From an uncultured Bacilli bacterium (GTDB lineage Bacteria; Bacillota_I; Bacilli_A; RF39; UBA660): a stretch of DNA of 39,313 bases. Numbering within the stretch: position 1 is the first letter of the stretch; each line of letters opens with the position of its first letter. Position numbers and translations under genes: made by a program. The notes below the pieces were generated by a model. It was given only the letters and a program-made list of their open reading frames with translations, was not told the DNA's origin and did not search any database. Shown one piece after another: positions 1-8,611 of this stretch. The stretch is taken from positions 1 through 39,313 of the forward strand of contig CAJTXC010000002.1 in the NCBI GenBank assembly GCA_910580135.1, read 5' to 3'.

Positions 1-2
1 AA

Positions 3-371
3 GCTGTTAATGCTAAAGCTAAAATATATGTTCCAGCAATTGTTATATCTGAATATGTTAATCTATATTTTTCAAAAAGATTTGAAGAATTGCAAAGTCA
101 ATATCCTAATAAATTTAAAAACAAAAAAAAGGATTATTGGAATTCTTCAGAGTATGTAGATGATTGTGAATATATAAAGGGAGTTTTAAAAAATGACATA
201 TTACATAATATAGAAGTTATTGATGATGAATTCAATAGTATTAATATTGACCAAGTATTCTCATTTAATAATGCGGATTTTAATGATAATTTAATTATTC
301 ATATAGCTAACAAAAAAGGAATGTATGTTATTAGTGGAGATATGGATTTTCCAAAAATACCTATTAAATAA
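3..371 (+). CDS. PIN-domain-like protein, C-terminal part (5' end outside window)
   Basis: Frame 3 is open from the window edge (AVNAKAKIYVPAIVISEYVN...), so the TTG at 90 in the ORF track is probably internal. The C-terminal ADFNDNLIIHIANKKGMYVISGDMDF resembles the last acidic motif of PIN/VapC-type nucleases. This is a motif-level call only. Confidence 0.4.
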   Translation, partial: AVNAKAKIYVPAIVISEYVNLYFSKRFEELQSQYPNKFKNKKKDYWNSSEYVDDCEYIKGVLKNDILHNIEVIDDEFNSINIDQVFSFNNADFNDNLIIHIANKKGMYVISGDMDFPKIPIK

Positions 372-492
372 TAAATAGGTATTTTATTTTCTCTTAATTT
401 AGTTTATAATTAATTTAGTTAAATTTATTACTAACTATTTCTTTTGCTCTAGGAGTTGTTATACGTCCTCCCAAAGGGCACCAGATTGATAA

Positions 493-520
493 AAAACTCG
501 AACTTCGTGTTTCGAGTTTT
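493..520 (+). terminator. Rho-independent terminator-like hairpin
   Basis: AAAACTCGAA-N8-TTCGAGTTTT forms a perfect 10-bp stem followed by a T-rich run. It lies about 120 nt downstream of the stop at 371. Confidence 0.45.
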
Positions 521-547
521 AATATATTTTTTTTTAGGAAGAATAAA

Positions 548-1141
548 ATGAAAAGATCATTTATCGTTACTGGTATAAGTGGTAGTGGTAAATCTACTAT
601 ATCAAATTATATATATAAACATTATAAAAACTCTACACTAATTTCTATAGATACTTTAAAAGAAAACATTTCGGAATTAGTGGGATTTTATAATTATAAA
701 CAAAAACAAAGTTTAAAGCAGATTATATATAATCTGTTTATAGAATTATTAAATGAATGTATGAAAAGAAGCGATGAAAACATTATAATTGAGTATCCAT
801 TTGGTCAAAAATAGGAGAATAAATTTAAAGAATTGGTAAATAAATATAATTATGAAGTAGTAACAATAAGACTCAAAGGTACAGATTTTTATACAATCTA
901 TAAAAGATTAAAAGAAAGAGACAATAGTTTTAACAGGCATCATAGTCACTCTTTAAATAATTATATTCCTAAAGAAAAAGAAGATTACAAATCTATAAGC
1001 ACATTAAGTTATAAGCAATTGAAGCAAGATTACGAATCCGACAAATATTCATCTATAAATCTCGGAAAAGTAATAGATATTGTAAATAATAATCTTGATT
1101 ATGATGAATTAATAAAACAAATAGATGGTAATTTAAAATAA
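548..1141 (+). pseudogene. P-loop NTPase/small kinase-like gene interrupted by an in-frame TAG
   Basis: ORFs 548-814 and 833-1141 share one frame and are separated only by a TAG at 812-814 (..EYPFGQK*ENKFKELVNKYNYEVV..). Walker A GISGSGKST lies at the N-terminus. The combined length of ~197 aa fits a single small P-loop kinase. Confidence 0.6.
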
Positions 1142-1161
1142 TCTATACAATATTTTGAAAC

Positions 1162-1188
1162 AAAAAAACGCTTATTTAGCGTCTTTTT
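1162..1188. terminator. Bidirectional terminator-like hairpin between convergent genes
   Basis: The ACGCT-TATTT-AGCGT stem is flanked by an A-run and a T-run. It overlaps the stop codon of the ABC gene. Confidence 0.4.
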
Positions 1189-2813
1189 ATTTTATTATTA
1201 TCAAATCTTATAATCTTGTCTGCTTTTTCTAAAATATGTTCTTCTCTAGAAATAATTATTATCGTATGATTTTTTTTCTTTTCTTCTAAAAGATTTAAAG
1301 TTTTTTCTTGTAGATCACTTTCTAAAGTATCAATTATTTCATCAAACATCAGTATCTTGGAGTCTTTAAGGATAACCCTAGCTAACGCTATACCGCGTTT
1401 TAAATTTAAAGATACTTTGGCAGACGAACTATTTATATCCGTATTATAACCATCTTTTAAATCCATTATTTCATCATGAATGCCTAATTTTTCACAAACA
1501 TCTTTTACTTCTTTAAAGTTTCCCGCAACAAGCATTAAATTATCTTTGATGCTTAAATCGAAGAAGTTAGGTTCTTTTCTTACTAAAGATATTAAATTAT
1601 AAAATGAATCATCATCTATTTTTTCATAAGGAACGTCATCAATAAAAATATTGCCCTTATGTTTTCTATTCATTTTCATAAGTAGGTCAAACACACCAGT
1701 TTTACCGGAACCAGTAGGTCCTGTAATAACGGATATGCTATTAGGGTTAATGACGAATGAAACATCATTTAAAATAGGGTCTTTTTTATTACCATATAAT
1801 ACGTTTTCAAACTTTATTTTACCTAAATAATCCTTTTTATCAACGTAAGTTATATCCCCACTTACACTTCTATACTCAATTAATTTATTAAGTCTACCAA
1901 GGGATACTTTAGCATCTTCTATTCCGGTAGTAAGGGTTCCTATAATGTTATAATTTTCCGTTATTTTTCCGTAATAAGAATATATAACTAATATCGTACC
2001 AATCTCCATTTTACCTACCGAAAATAAATATACTCCATAAGCTGCTAAAACGTATCTTACAGCTTCTATAACCATTAAAACAACGTTCTTAACGATCGTT
2101 GAAAACGTATTAAATTTAGCGTGTTCCTTTAAATAATTAGAGCATTTTTCTTTAACTCTTTCATTTACGCTTTTAAATACGTAAAAACCTTTTATTTCTT
2201 TTACGGTATTAAATACCTCATGCGTCATAGCAGTTTTCTTATCTAAAGCTTGCTTTCTTCTTGTGTTTAACTTTCTATTAGTTTTATTAGAAAGAAAAAG
2301 CACTCCAATCATTAAAACTGAAACTATTACCGTTACAATAAAAATTTTAACATCAATCATGTAAAAATAATAATATATTATTAAGAACTCTAATATTTGG
2401 ACTATCTTAATTATGGTATCAGAGAAAAACGCAACGATTATATCAATATCATTATTAATTATGTTGTTAAACTCACTTAACTTAAACCTTGACAAACTAT
2501 GAATAGAATTATTTATAAAAGAAGAATACGCAAGTTTGGAATATGACTTATACATTTTCTTATATAAAATATAGTAAATAACTTGGTTTAAACCCGCACA
2601 AACGTAATAAATGACAGTTAAACCAAGAGTAAATATTATCATTTTATAAGAAGTATCAAAATCTTTATCAGTAGCATAATCAACTACTTTACCCCATAAA
2701 ATAGGAATTATTAACAAAGATCCACGATAGCAAACAGAAATAATAAACTTTAATATAATTTCAAAAGAACACTTTTTCAGTATTCTTTTGGTTTCTTTAG
2801 TAGCACTATTCAT
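1176..2813 (-). CDS. ABC transporter permease/ATP-binding fusion (exporter-type half transporter) with atypical signature
   Basis: 545 aa with an N-terminal multi-TM domain and a C-terminal NBD. Walker A is GPTGSGKTG and Walker B is ILMFDEI. The C-loop position reads VSLNL rather than LSGGQ. Confidence 0.8.
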   Translation of the reverse strand: MNSATKETKRILKKCSFEIILKFIISVCYRGSLLIIPILWGKVVDYATDKDFDTSYKMIIFTLGLTVIYYVCAGLNQVIYYILYKKMYKSYSKLAYSSFINNSIHSLSRFKLSEFNNIINNDIDIIVAFFSDTIIKIVQILEFLIIYYYFYMIDVKIFIVTVIVSVLMIGVLFLSNKTNRKLNTRRKQALDKKTAMTHEVFNTVKEIKGFYVFKSVNERVKEKCSNYLKEHAKFNTFSTIVKNVVLMVIEAVRYVLAAYGVYLFSVGKMEIGTILVIYSYYGKITENYNIIGTLTTGIEDAKVSLGRLNKLIEYRSVSGDITYVDKKDYLGKIKFENVLYGNKKDPILNDVSFVINPNSISVITGPTGSGKTGVFDLLMKMNRKHKGNIFIDDVPYEKIDDDSFYNLISLVRKEPNFFDLSIKDNLMLVAGNFKEVKDVCEKLGIHDEIMDLKDGYNTDINSSSAKVSLNLKRGIALARVILKDSKILMFDEIIDTLESDLQEKTLNLLEEKKKNHTIIIISREEHILEKADKIIRFDNNKIKRR

Positions 2814-2815
2814 AA

Positions 2816-3997
2816 TTATTTAATGTTTTTATCGTATTCGATGTCCTGTATTTCATATTTTCTGTTTTCGGAAATGGTCTTCATAAGTTTATTAACGGAT
2901 AATCCTACGATTGCTAGGATAAAGAAATATATAACACCAAATAACGAGAACGATGGTGCCGACTCGGTAAACAAGTCAATTAATGATGCACCAACACCCA
3001 TTGCGGTAACAATCGTTAAGCTTCCGATTGATTTTTCTGTTACTTGCGATTCTAATCCTGCGAATAATTTTTCGGCTTGCGATAAATAATTCTTAGTCAT
3101 TGACCATATTTGTTGCATATATGAAACCGTGTTTTTTAAAGTTTCATATCTATATCCAATTAAATCTAATGATTCTGTTAAAGAATTATCGTTTTTAGCA
3201 ATCTTTTCCCTGGTACTTATATAAGTATTCATTTGGTTGATTCTTGAATCAATTAAAGTAACCGTTTTTTTGTATCCGTCAAGTTTATTAGTAAACGCAA
3301 CGATTTCTTTACCCTTAACCTTGGCATTTTCCTTAACGGCGTCAATCTTTTCCCAGATAATTCTGTGCAAGTTAAGATATCTATGCAATTGTCCTTTAAA
3401 TTCTCTTATAAATATTTGCTCTTCAATATATCTTTCAATTTGTTCTATAGATTTTGTTTTATTATTAATGAAATAATATTTATTACCCCTTACAACATCA
3501 TAGTCATTGTTACTAAATTCAAAATACTTTTCTTTTTCTGTTTTAGCTAAAAGCGTTGCAATATCATTTTTAGTAGCCTTATTTAAAACTATAAAGTAAG
3601 GAAACACAGTTTCAATGTTTGCAAGTTCTTTAGGTACTGGAGCTCCTAAACTAAATATATAACCTATTGCGGGAGATAGCTTAGTTTCATAATAGCTAGC
3701 TAAGGAATCTATGTCATTAAATAACGAAAATTCATTTATATCAGAATCATTTAAAACAATAAGACCATCTTCAAATATTTTTATGTTAACCCCTGCTCTT
3801 GTTGTTACTTTAATAAATTCTAATCCATCAATTCCATAATCAATTGTACTTAAATCTAAAGCATCATGTAATTTTACTAGCTTTTTCTTATCTAAAGCAA
3901 GTTCTGATTTACCCTCTCTTAAAAAATCATATATTTCACTTAATTGTAGTGTAGTTCTTTGAAACCAACCACCTATATAAACCTTTTCTATTCTCAT
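2816..3997 (-). CDS. Hypothetical membrane-anchored protein (soluble N-terminal domain plus two C-terminal TM helices)
   Basis: 393 aa, with its stop 3 nt from the ABC gene start (operon). Two C-terminal hydrophobic segments: LTIVTAMGVGASLIDLF and FGVIYFFILAIVGLSVNKLM. SD GTGAGG lies upstream. No family recognised. Confidence 0.6.
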   Translation of the reverse strand: MRIEKVYIGGWFQRTTLQLSEIYDFLREGKSELALDKKKLVKLHDALDLSTIDYGIDGLEFIKVTTRAGVNIKIFEDGLIVLNDSDINEFSLFNDIDSLASYYETKLSPAIGYIFSLGAPVPKELANIETVFPYFIVLNKATKNDIATLLAKTEKEKYFEFSNNDYDVVRGNKYYFINNKTKSIEQIERYIEEQIFIREFKGQLHRYLNLHRIIWEKIDAVKENAKVKGKEIVAFTNKLDGYKKTVTLIDSRINQMNTYISTREKIAKNDNSLTESLDLIGYRYETLKNTVSYMQQIWSMTKNYLSQAEKLFAGLESQVTEKSIGSLTIVTAMGVGASLIDLFTESAPSFSLFGVIYFFILAIVGLSVNKLMKTISENRKYEIQDIEYDKNIK

Positions 3998-4020
3998 AAT
4001 AACCTCACTACTTAATATTT

Positions 4021-4461
4021 TTATTTAACACTCATTGAGAAGAATCCTGCATCATCCAACTCAAAACCATAGTTATAGTAACATGCATGTGCGGCAGTTC
4101 TTACGTTATTACTCCATAATTCCACTTTTTTACAACCATGTTTTTTAGATATATCAAAAGCAACATCAAGCATCTTAGTTGCAATACCATGACGACGATA
4201 ATCTTCCTTAACACCAACGTGGTTTAAAATAGAATATGTATTCATGTTTTCATAAATTGTATTAATAATAGTTATTTTAAGATGTGAAACTATTTTCCCA
4301 TCAACAACACCTACTATATAAATTGAATTAGGATCCTTTCTATGTTTTTTATAAGTTTTCATTGCATACTCTAAAGATGTTTCTTCTTTAAACACTTCAT
4401 TACAAAGTGCTACTACTTCAGGAACATCTTTCTTTTTCATTTCTCTAAAAGTTACTTCCAT
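4021..4461 (-). CDS. GNAT family N-acetyltransferase
   Basis: 146 aa with acetyl-CoA binding motif RRHGIATKML and a typical GNAT layout. SD AAGGAGA lies upstream. Confidence 0.8.
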   Translation of the reverse strand: MEVTFREMKKKDVPEVVALCNEVFKEETSLEYAMKTYKKHRKDPNSIYIVGVVDGKIVSHLKITIINTIYENMNTYSILNHVGVKEDYRRHGIATKMLDVAFDISKKHGCKKVELWSNNVRTAAHACYYNYGFELDDAGFFSMSVK

Positions 4462-4507
4462 TATTTTTTCTCCTTACCTGTTTAAAAAGTATAAAACTTA
4501 TTGTTTT

Positions 4508-4569
4508 TACATGTTGATAATATCATTAAGCCCCCCCCCGGTCAAGATTTTAACTTTTCCACAGTAAAA
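4508..4569. repeat. Copy 1 of ~62-bp promoter cassette (about 55/62 identical to 5803-5863)
   Basis: TACATGTTGATAATATCATTAAG-C9-GGTCAAGATTTTAACTTTTCCACAGTAAAA aligns with the copy at 5803-5863. Confidence 0.9.
4517..4545 (-). promoter_or_regulatory. Sigma-70-type promoter with a G9 homopolymer in the spacer (17-nt spacer)
   Basis: Minus strand reads TTGACC-GGGGGGGGGCTTAATGA-TATTAT. It lies about 50 nt upstream of the GNAT start. Confidence 0.65.
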
Positions 4570-4570
4570 G

Positions 4571-4610
4571 AAAATGTAAAGTAAAAACAATAATTTTCAC
4601 TTTACATTTT
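4571..4610 (-). terminator. Terminator-like hairpin after the 385-aa gene
   Basis: AAAATGTAAAGT-N16-ACTTTACATTTT forms a perfect 12-bp stem overlapping the stop at 4602. A T-rich stretch follows on the minus strand. Confidence 0.5.
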
Positions 4611-5759
4611 CATGTTGTATTCATCTTCAATAAATTTATATGTTTCTTTAAATTCTTCTGCTGCAACACCATATACTTTATCCATGTTAGTTACATTTAA
4701 ATATCCGCCAGCTTTTATATTCATATCTCCTCCCCATGGTGATGGGAAAGTAATGTTTTCGTTTATTTGTATAAACTGTTGAGCATCGCCTTTAGGCTTA
4801 TATAATCCTTTTTCTTCTGGATCTATATCATACTTTTTTGAAAAAGTACTATCACTTATTATCCATTCATTTTTATGACCATACTCATCTATAGCAACCT
4901 CTCCATCTATAACTTTTGCAACAACCCAACCTGGTTTATTAGTTTCTGGATCTAATTTTACTTCATTAACTGTTTCAACTAAACCTGTTTTAGTATAAGT
5001 AGTTATTTTTTCTCCTACAATTCCAGGTCTTGCTACTATTCTTGAAAATTTTTGAGCAGCTTTTGGTTTAACACCTTGTTCCGAAATAATATTTTGTGCA
5101 TATTCTTTAGCATTAACCCTAATGAATTCTTCTTCTGATTTTTTATCATACGAAAGATATAATTTATTTATTGCTTTCATTTGTCCAATAGAATCTTTAA
5201 TTTTATTTGCATCTTCTAATGAGAATGGAAATCTTTTAAGCATCTCCTCCATAAAGTCAGGCCCTTTTTTAGAAAATCTAAACACGGCATCTGCTATAAC
5301 CCTAGTATCCATACCCTGAACATTTTTCAAAAATTCAAATGCTTTTTCAATTGAATCATTTTCTACGATTTTAAGAACCTGGATAATTGTTGGTACTTCT
5401 CTTGCATATGCATATCTACCATTACTATCACTTAAAAACTTTGTCCATTCTTCCTCTTTTCCAGGAACAATTAAGCTCAAACCTTCTTTTATCCATGTTT
5501 CTATATTATCATGTGCAAAAAGAACTTCTTCTCTTTTTTCTGCACCAATAGAGCTACCAATATTAGCCATTTTTTGATCAAATTCTTGTTTCGTCATACC
5601 ATAGACTTCTTTATATGCATTTTCAATTGTAAAATTATTAGAATTCAATAAATGTCCATTAAAATTACATGCAATATCTTTTCCTATTCTCTGAGCATCT
5701 GATAATATACTAATAACATCTCTAAAATCTGTTCCAGCAGGAATTTCTATTTCTCTCAT
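4602..5759 (-). CDS. Hypothetical protein (385 aa from the SD-supported start)
   Basis: Long ORF. The second ATG (MREIEIPAG) has SD GGAGGT 7 nt upstream, whereas the ORF-track start at 5774 has none. No family recognised. Confidence 0.7.
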   Translation of the reverse strand: MREIEIPAGTDFRDVISILSDAQRIGKDIACNFNGHLLNSNNFTIENAYKEVYGMTKQEFDQKMANIGSSIGAEKREEVLFAHDNIETWIKEGLSLIVPGKEEEWTKFLSDSNGRYAYAREVPTIIQVLKIVENDSIEKAFEFLKNVQGMDTRVIADAVFRFSKKGPDFMEEMLKRFPFSLEDANKIKDSIGQMKAINKLYLSYDKKSEEEFIRVNAKEYAQNIISEQGVKPKAAQKFSRIVARPGIVGEKITTYTKTGLVETVNEVKLDPETNKPGWVVAKVIDGEVAIDEYGHKNEWIISDSTFSKKYDIDPEEKGLYKPKGDAQQFIQINENITFPSPWGGDMNIKAGGYLNVTNMDKVYGVAAEEFKETYKFIEDEYNMKM

Positions 5760-5802
5760 ATCTATTACCTCCATATATTCTAGTTATAAAAAACAACAAT
5801 TT

Positions 5803-5863
5803 TACATGTTGATAATAGCATTAACCCCCCCCCGGTCAATATATTGACTTTTCCACAGTAAAA
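5803..5863. repeat. Copy 2 of ~62-bp promoter cassette
   Basis: TACATGTTGATAATAGCATTAA-C9-GGTCAATATATTGACTTTTCCACAGTAAAA. Confidence 0.9.
5812..5839 (-). promoter_or_regulatory. Sigma-70-type promoter with a G9 homopolymer in the spacer (16-nt spacer)
   Basis: Minus strand reads TTGACC-GGGGGGGGGTTAATGC-TATTAT. It lies about 50 nt upstream of the 4602-5759 CDS. Confidence 0.65.
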
Positions 5864-5959
5864 TAGATTGTAAACAAAATTTTTCATAAAAAATTAATAA
5901 ATTCCTTTTTTTTACAATAATTTTTGAATTAGGTGGTATTATATAGTTAAGGAGGAAAT

Positions 5960-7336
5960 ATGGAAAATACAGTAATGAATAAAAAAACGAATGGTTGGTT
6001 AAACACTGACGAAAAAAAGAAGAATTTAATATTTGATTTTTGTGATGAGTACATCAAGTTTTTAAATAATGGTAAAACAGAAAGAGAAGCATCTAAAATA
6101 ATTGTTGATGAATTAGAAAATAATGGTTTTAAAAATATTAATACTGTGGATAAGTTAGATGATGGTGATAAAGTATATATGCTTAACAGAGATAAAAGTG
6201 TATATGCTGCTATTATTGGTTCTGATAGTATGGTAAATGGAATTAATCTAGTTGGAGCACACATAGATTCTCCAAGATTAGATTTAAAACCTAATCCACT
6301 TTATGAAGATGCAAAACTTGCTCTTTTAAAAACTCACTATTATGGTGGAATTAAAAAATATCAATGGACTACTATTCCACTTGCTATTCATGGAGTTGTA
6401 GTTAAACCAAATGGAGATAAAATAAATATTGTAATTGGTGAAGATGATAATGATCCTATATTTACAATAACTGATATATTACCTCACTTAGCTCAGGAAC
6501 AATATGAAAATAAAATAGGAAAAGCTATAAAGGGTGAAGATTTAAATATTTTAATTGGTAGTATTCCAACAGAAGAAAAATCTGTTAAAGAAAATATAAT
6601 GAACATTATATACGAAAAATATAACATAGGTGAAATAGATTTCTATAGTTCGGAACTTGAAGTAGTACCTGCATTTAAAGCAAGAACTTTAGGTTTTGAT
6701 AGAAGTATGATTGCAGCTTATGGTCAAGACGATAGAGTATGTGCTTACGCTTGTTTAAAAGCTTTATTAGATGCTAACAAAAATAGCAAAACAATGGTTG
6801 CTATCTTCTCTGATAAAGAAGAGATAGGAAGCGTTGGAAACACTGGGATGCGTTCTGAAGTATTTGACTTATTTGTAAATGAAATTTTAACTAAAAAAGG
6901 AGAAAACACACCAGGAGCAATAAATAAAACATATTGTAATTCCATGATGCTTTCCGCAGACGTTGGTGCAGGTGTTGATCCAAATTATCAAAGTGCTTCT
7001 GAACAAAACAATGCATCATTTATTGGTTACGGTGTTGAGCTTAATAAATACACCGGTTCTGGAGGTAAATCAGGAGCTTCTGATGCAAACGCAGAGTTCG
7101 TTGGAAAGGTTAGAGGTATCTTTGAAAAGAACAATATAAAATACCAAGTTGCAGAACTTGGAAAAGTAGACTTAGGTGGCGGCGGAACCATTGCATACAT
7201 CTTAGCGGATAAAGGTATGGATGTTATCGATTGCGGTGTTCCTGTTATTTCAATGCACTCACCATATGAAGTTACAAGTAAATACGATGTATACTCAGCA
7301 TATGAAGCTTATAAAGCTTTCTTTGAAGAAGAATAG
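5960..7336 (+). CDS. M18 family aminopeptidase (aminopeptidase 1-like)
   Basis: 458 aa with GAHIDSPRLDLKPNPL, HYYGGIKKYQW and C-terminal SMHSPYEV motifs. SD AAGGAGG lies upstream. Confidence 0.8.
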   Translation: MENTVMNKKTNGWLNTDEKKKNLIFDFCDEYIKFLNNGKTEREASKIIVDELENNGFKNINTVDKLDDGDKVYMLNRDKSVYAAIIGSDSMVNGINLVGAHIDSPRLDLKPNPLYEDAKLALLKTHYYGGIKKYQWTTIPLAIHGVVVKPNGDKINIVIGEDDNDPIFTITDILPHLAQEQYENKIGKAIKGEDLNILIGSIPTEEKSVKENIMNIIYEKYNIGEIDFYSSELEVVPAFKARTLGFDRSMIAAYGQDDRVCAYACLKALLDANKNSKTMVAIFSDKEEIGSVGNTGMRSEVFDLFVNEILTKKGENTPGAINKTYCNSMMLSADVGAGVDPNYQSASEQNNASFIGYGVELNKYTGSGGKSGASDANAEFVGKVRGIFEKNNIKYQVAELGKVDLGGGGTIAYILADKGMDVIDCGVPVISMHSPYEVTSKYDVYSAYEAYKAFFEEE

Positions 7337-7361
7337 AGAAATTTAAATATTTCTCTTTTTA
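7335..7361 (+). terminator. Rho-independent terminator
   Basis: AGAGAAAT-TTAAAT-ATTTCTCT stem followed by TTTTATTTT, immediately after the stop codon. Confidence 0.6.
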
Positions 7362-7388
7362 TTTTCCATAATAATACTGGTGATAACA

Positions 7389-8333
7389 ATGAAAGTAAGA
7401 TTAGGTTATGTAGCACTTTCTAAAGCTATGAATGATATAACAACATCAAGTACGATAACATACACTAATTACATAAATAAAAATTATACTGTGGATAAGT
7501 TGTTAGATGTTACAAAAAGTAATTTAGATGCTTTAAAAGAACTACTAATTTATAACGTTAAAAATAATATTCATTTTTACAGGCTAACCTCTAAATTAGT
7601 TCCTCTTGCTACTCACGACAAGGTATCATTTGATTATATAAAACCATTAGATAATAAATATAAAGAAATTGGTAATATCATAAATGATAGCAACATGCGA
7701 GTAGATACTCATCCTGATCAATATGCAGTATTAAATAGCATGGATAAAAAAATTATTAAAAATACATTTAAAATATTAGAATATCATTATAAGGTGTTAA
7801 AAGCATTAAAAATTAATAACCCAATAATAATATTACACGTTGGTAGTAGTGCATGTGGTAAAAAAGCATCAATTACTAGATTTATAAATAATTTTAATAA
7901 ACTTCCAGAACATATACAAAAATGTATTACCGTGGAAAACGATGATAAAATATATAACATAAAAGATGTACTTAACTTATGCACTAAATTAAATATACCA
8001 ATGGTTTTAGATTATCATCATTATATATGCAATAACGATGAAGAAAAAATAGAAGACTACATAAAAGAAATAATGAATACTTGGAAAAATATTAATCCAA
8101 AGTTTCATTTTTCATCACCTAAAAGTAACTTAAAAAAAGAATTTAGAAGTCATCATGATTACATAAATTCTGATGATTTTATAAAATTCATAAACATACT
8201 AAAACCATATAATAAAGATGTAGACATAATGTTAGAAGCAAAAGCTAAGGATGATGCTATCTCAAGACTAGTTAGAGAGCTTAAATATAAGACAAATTAT
8301 AATTTTTTAGATGAAACTACTTTCATTATTTAA
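7389..8333 (+). CDS. uvsE: UV damage endonuclease UvdE/UvsE
   Basis: RLGYVA..., FYRLTSKLVPLATH, VENDDKIYN, DYHHY, FHFSSPKS and IMLEAKAKD motifs are colinear with Bacillus UvsE. ATG at 7389 is preferred over GTG at 7380 (GGTGA lies 5 nt upstream). Confidence 0.85.
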   Translation: MKVRLGYVALSKAMNDITTSSTITYTNYINKNYTVDKLLDVTKSNLDALKELLIYNVKNNIHFYRLTSKLVPLATHDKVSFDYIKPLDNKYKEIGNIINDSNMRVDTHPDQYAVLNSMDKKIIKNTFKILEYHYKVLKALKINNPIIILHVGSSACGKKASITRFINNFNKLPEHIQKCITVENDDKIYNIKDVLNLCTKLNIPMVLDYHHYICNNDEEKIEDYIKEIMNTWKNINPKFHFSSPKSNLKKEFRSHHDYINSDDFIKFINILKPYNKDVDIMLEAKAKDDAISRLVRELKYKTNYNFLDETTFII

Positions 8334-8403
8334 CATAACAAGGCTTTTTATATATTTAATTTTAATCAATAAAAATATAATATATTAGAAAGGAGTGTTT
8401 AGT

Positions 8404-8580
8404 ATGTATTATCCTGGATATCCTGGAGGTTATGCATATCCAGTTTATGACAACAATAATAATAGTGGTTCAAGCTGGATTTGGATTATAATAGTTGTAT
8501 TTATAATTTTCTTCCTATTCTGGGGAGCAGGTTCTGGAAACAGAAACGGTTGCGGATGCGGATGCAATAACAATTGGTAA
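8404..8580 (+). CDS. Small Gly/Cys-rich membrane peptide (YjcZ-like tiny protein)
   Basis: SD AGGAG lies 8 nt upstream of the ATG at 8404. Sequence is MYYPGYPGGYAYP...WIWIIIVVFIIFFLFWGAGSG...GCGCGC. A terminator hairpin follows. Confidence 0.55.
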   Translation: MYYPGYPGGYAYPVYDNNNNSGSSWIWIIIVVFIIFFLFWGAGSGNRNGCGCGCNNNW

Positions 8581-8584
8581 TAAG

Positions 8585-8611
8585 AAAAAAGACCATTAAT
8601 TGGCCTTTTTT
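8585..8611. terminator. Bidirectional terminator-like hairpin
   Basis: AAAAAAGACCA-TTAAT-TGGCCTTTTTT (one mismatch) lies between convergent genes. Confidence 0.5.

Noticed and set aside
440-490. tRNA-like 3' end (..AAAGGGCACCA) in the spacer after the PIN-like gene.
   Set aside because: No T-arm or other cloverleaf pairing can be drawn upstream of the putative acceptor strand. It is probably a chance CCA.
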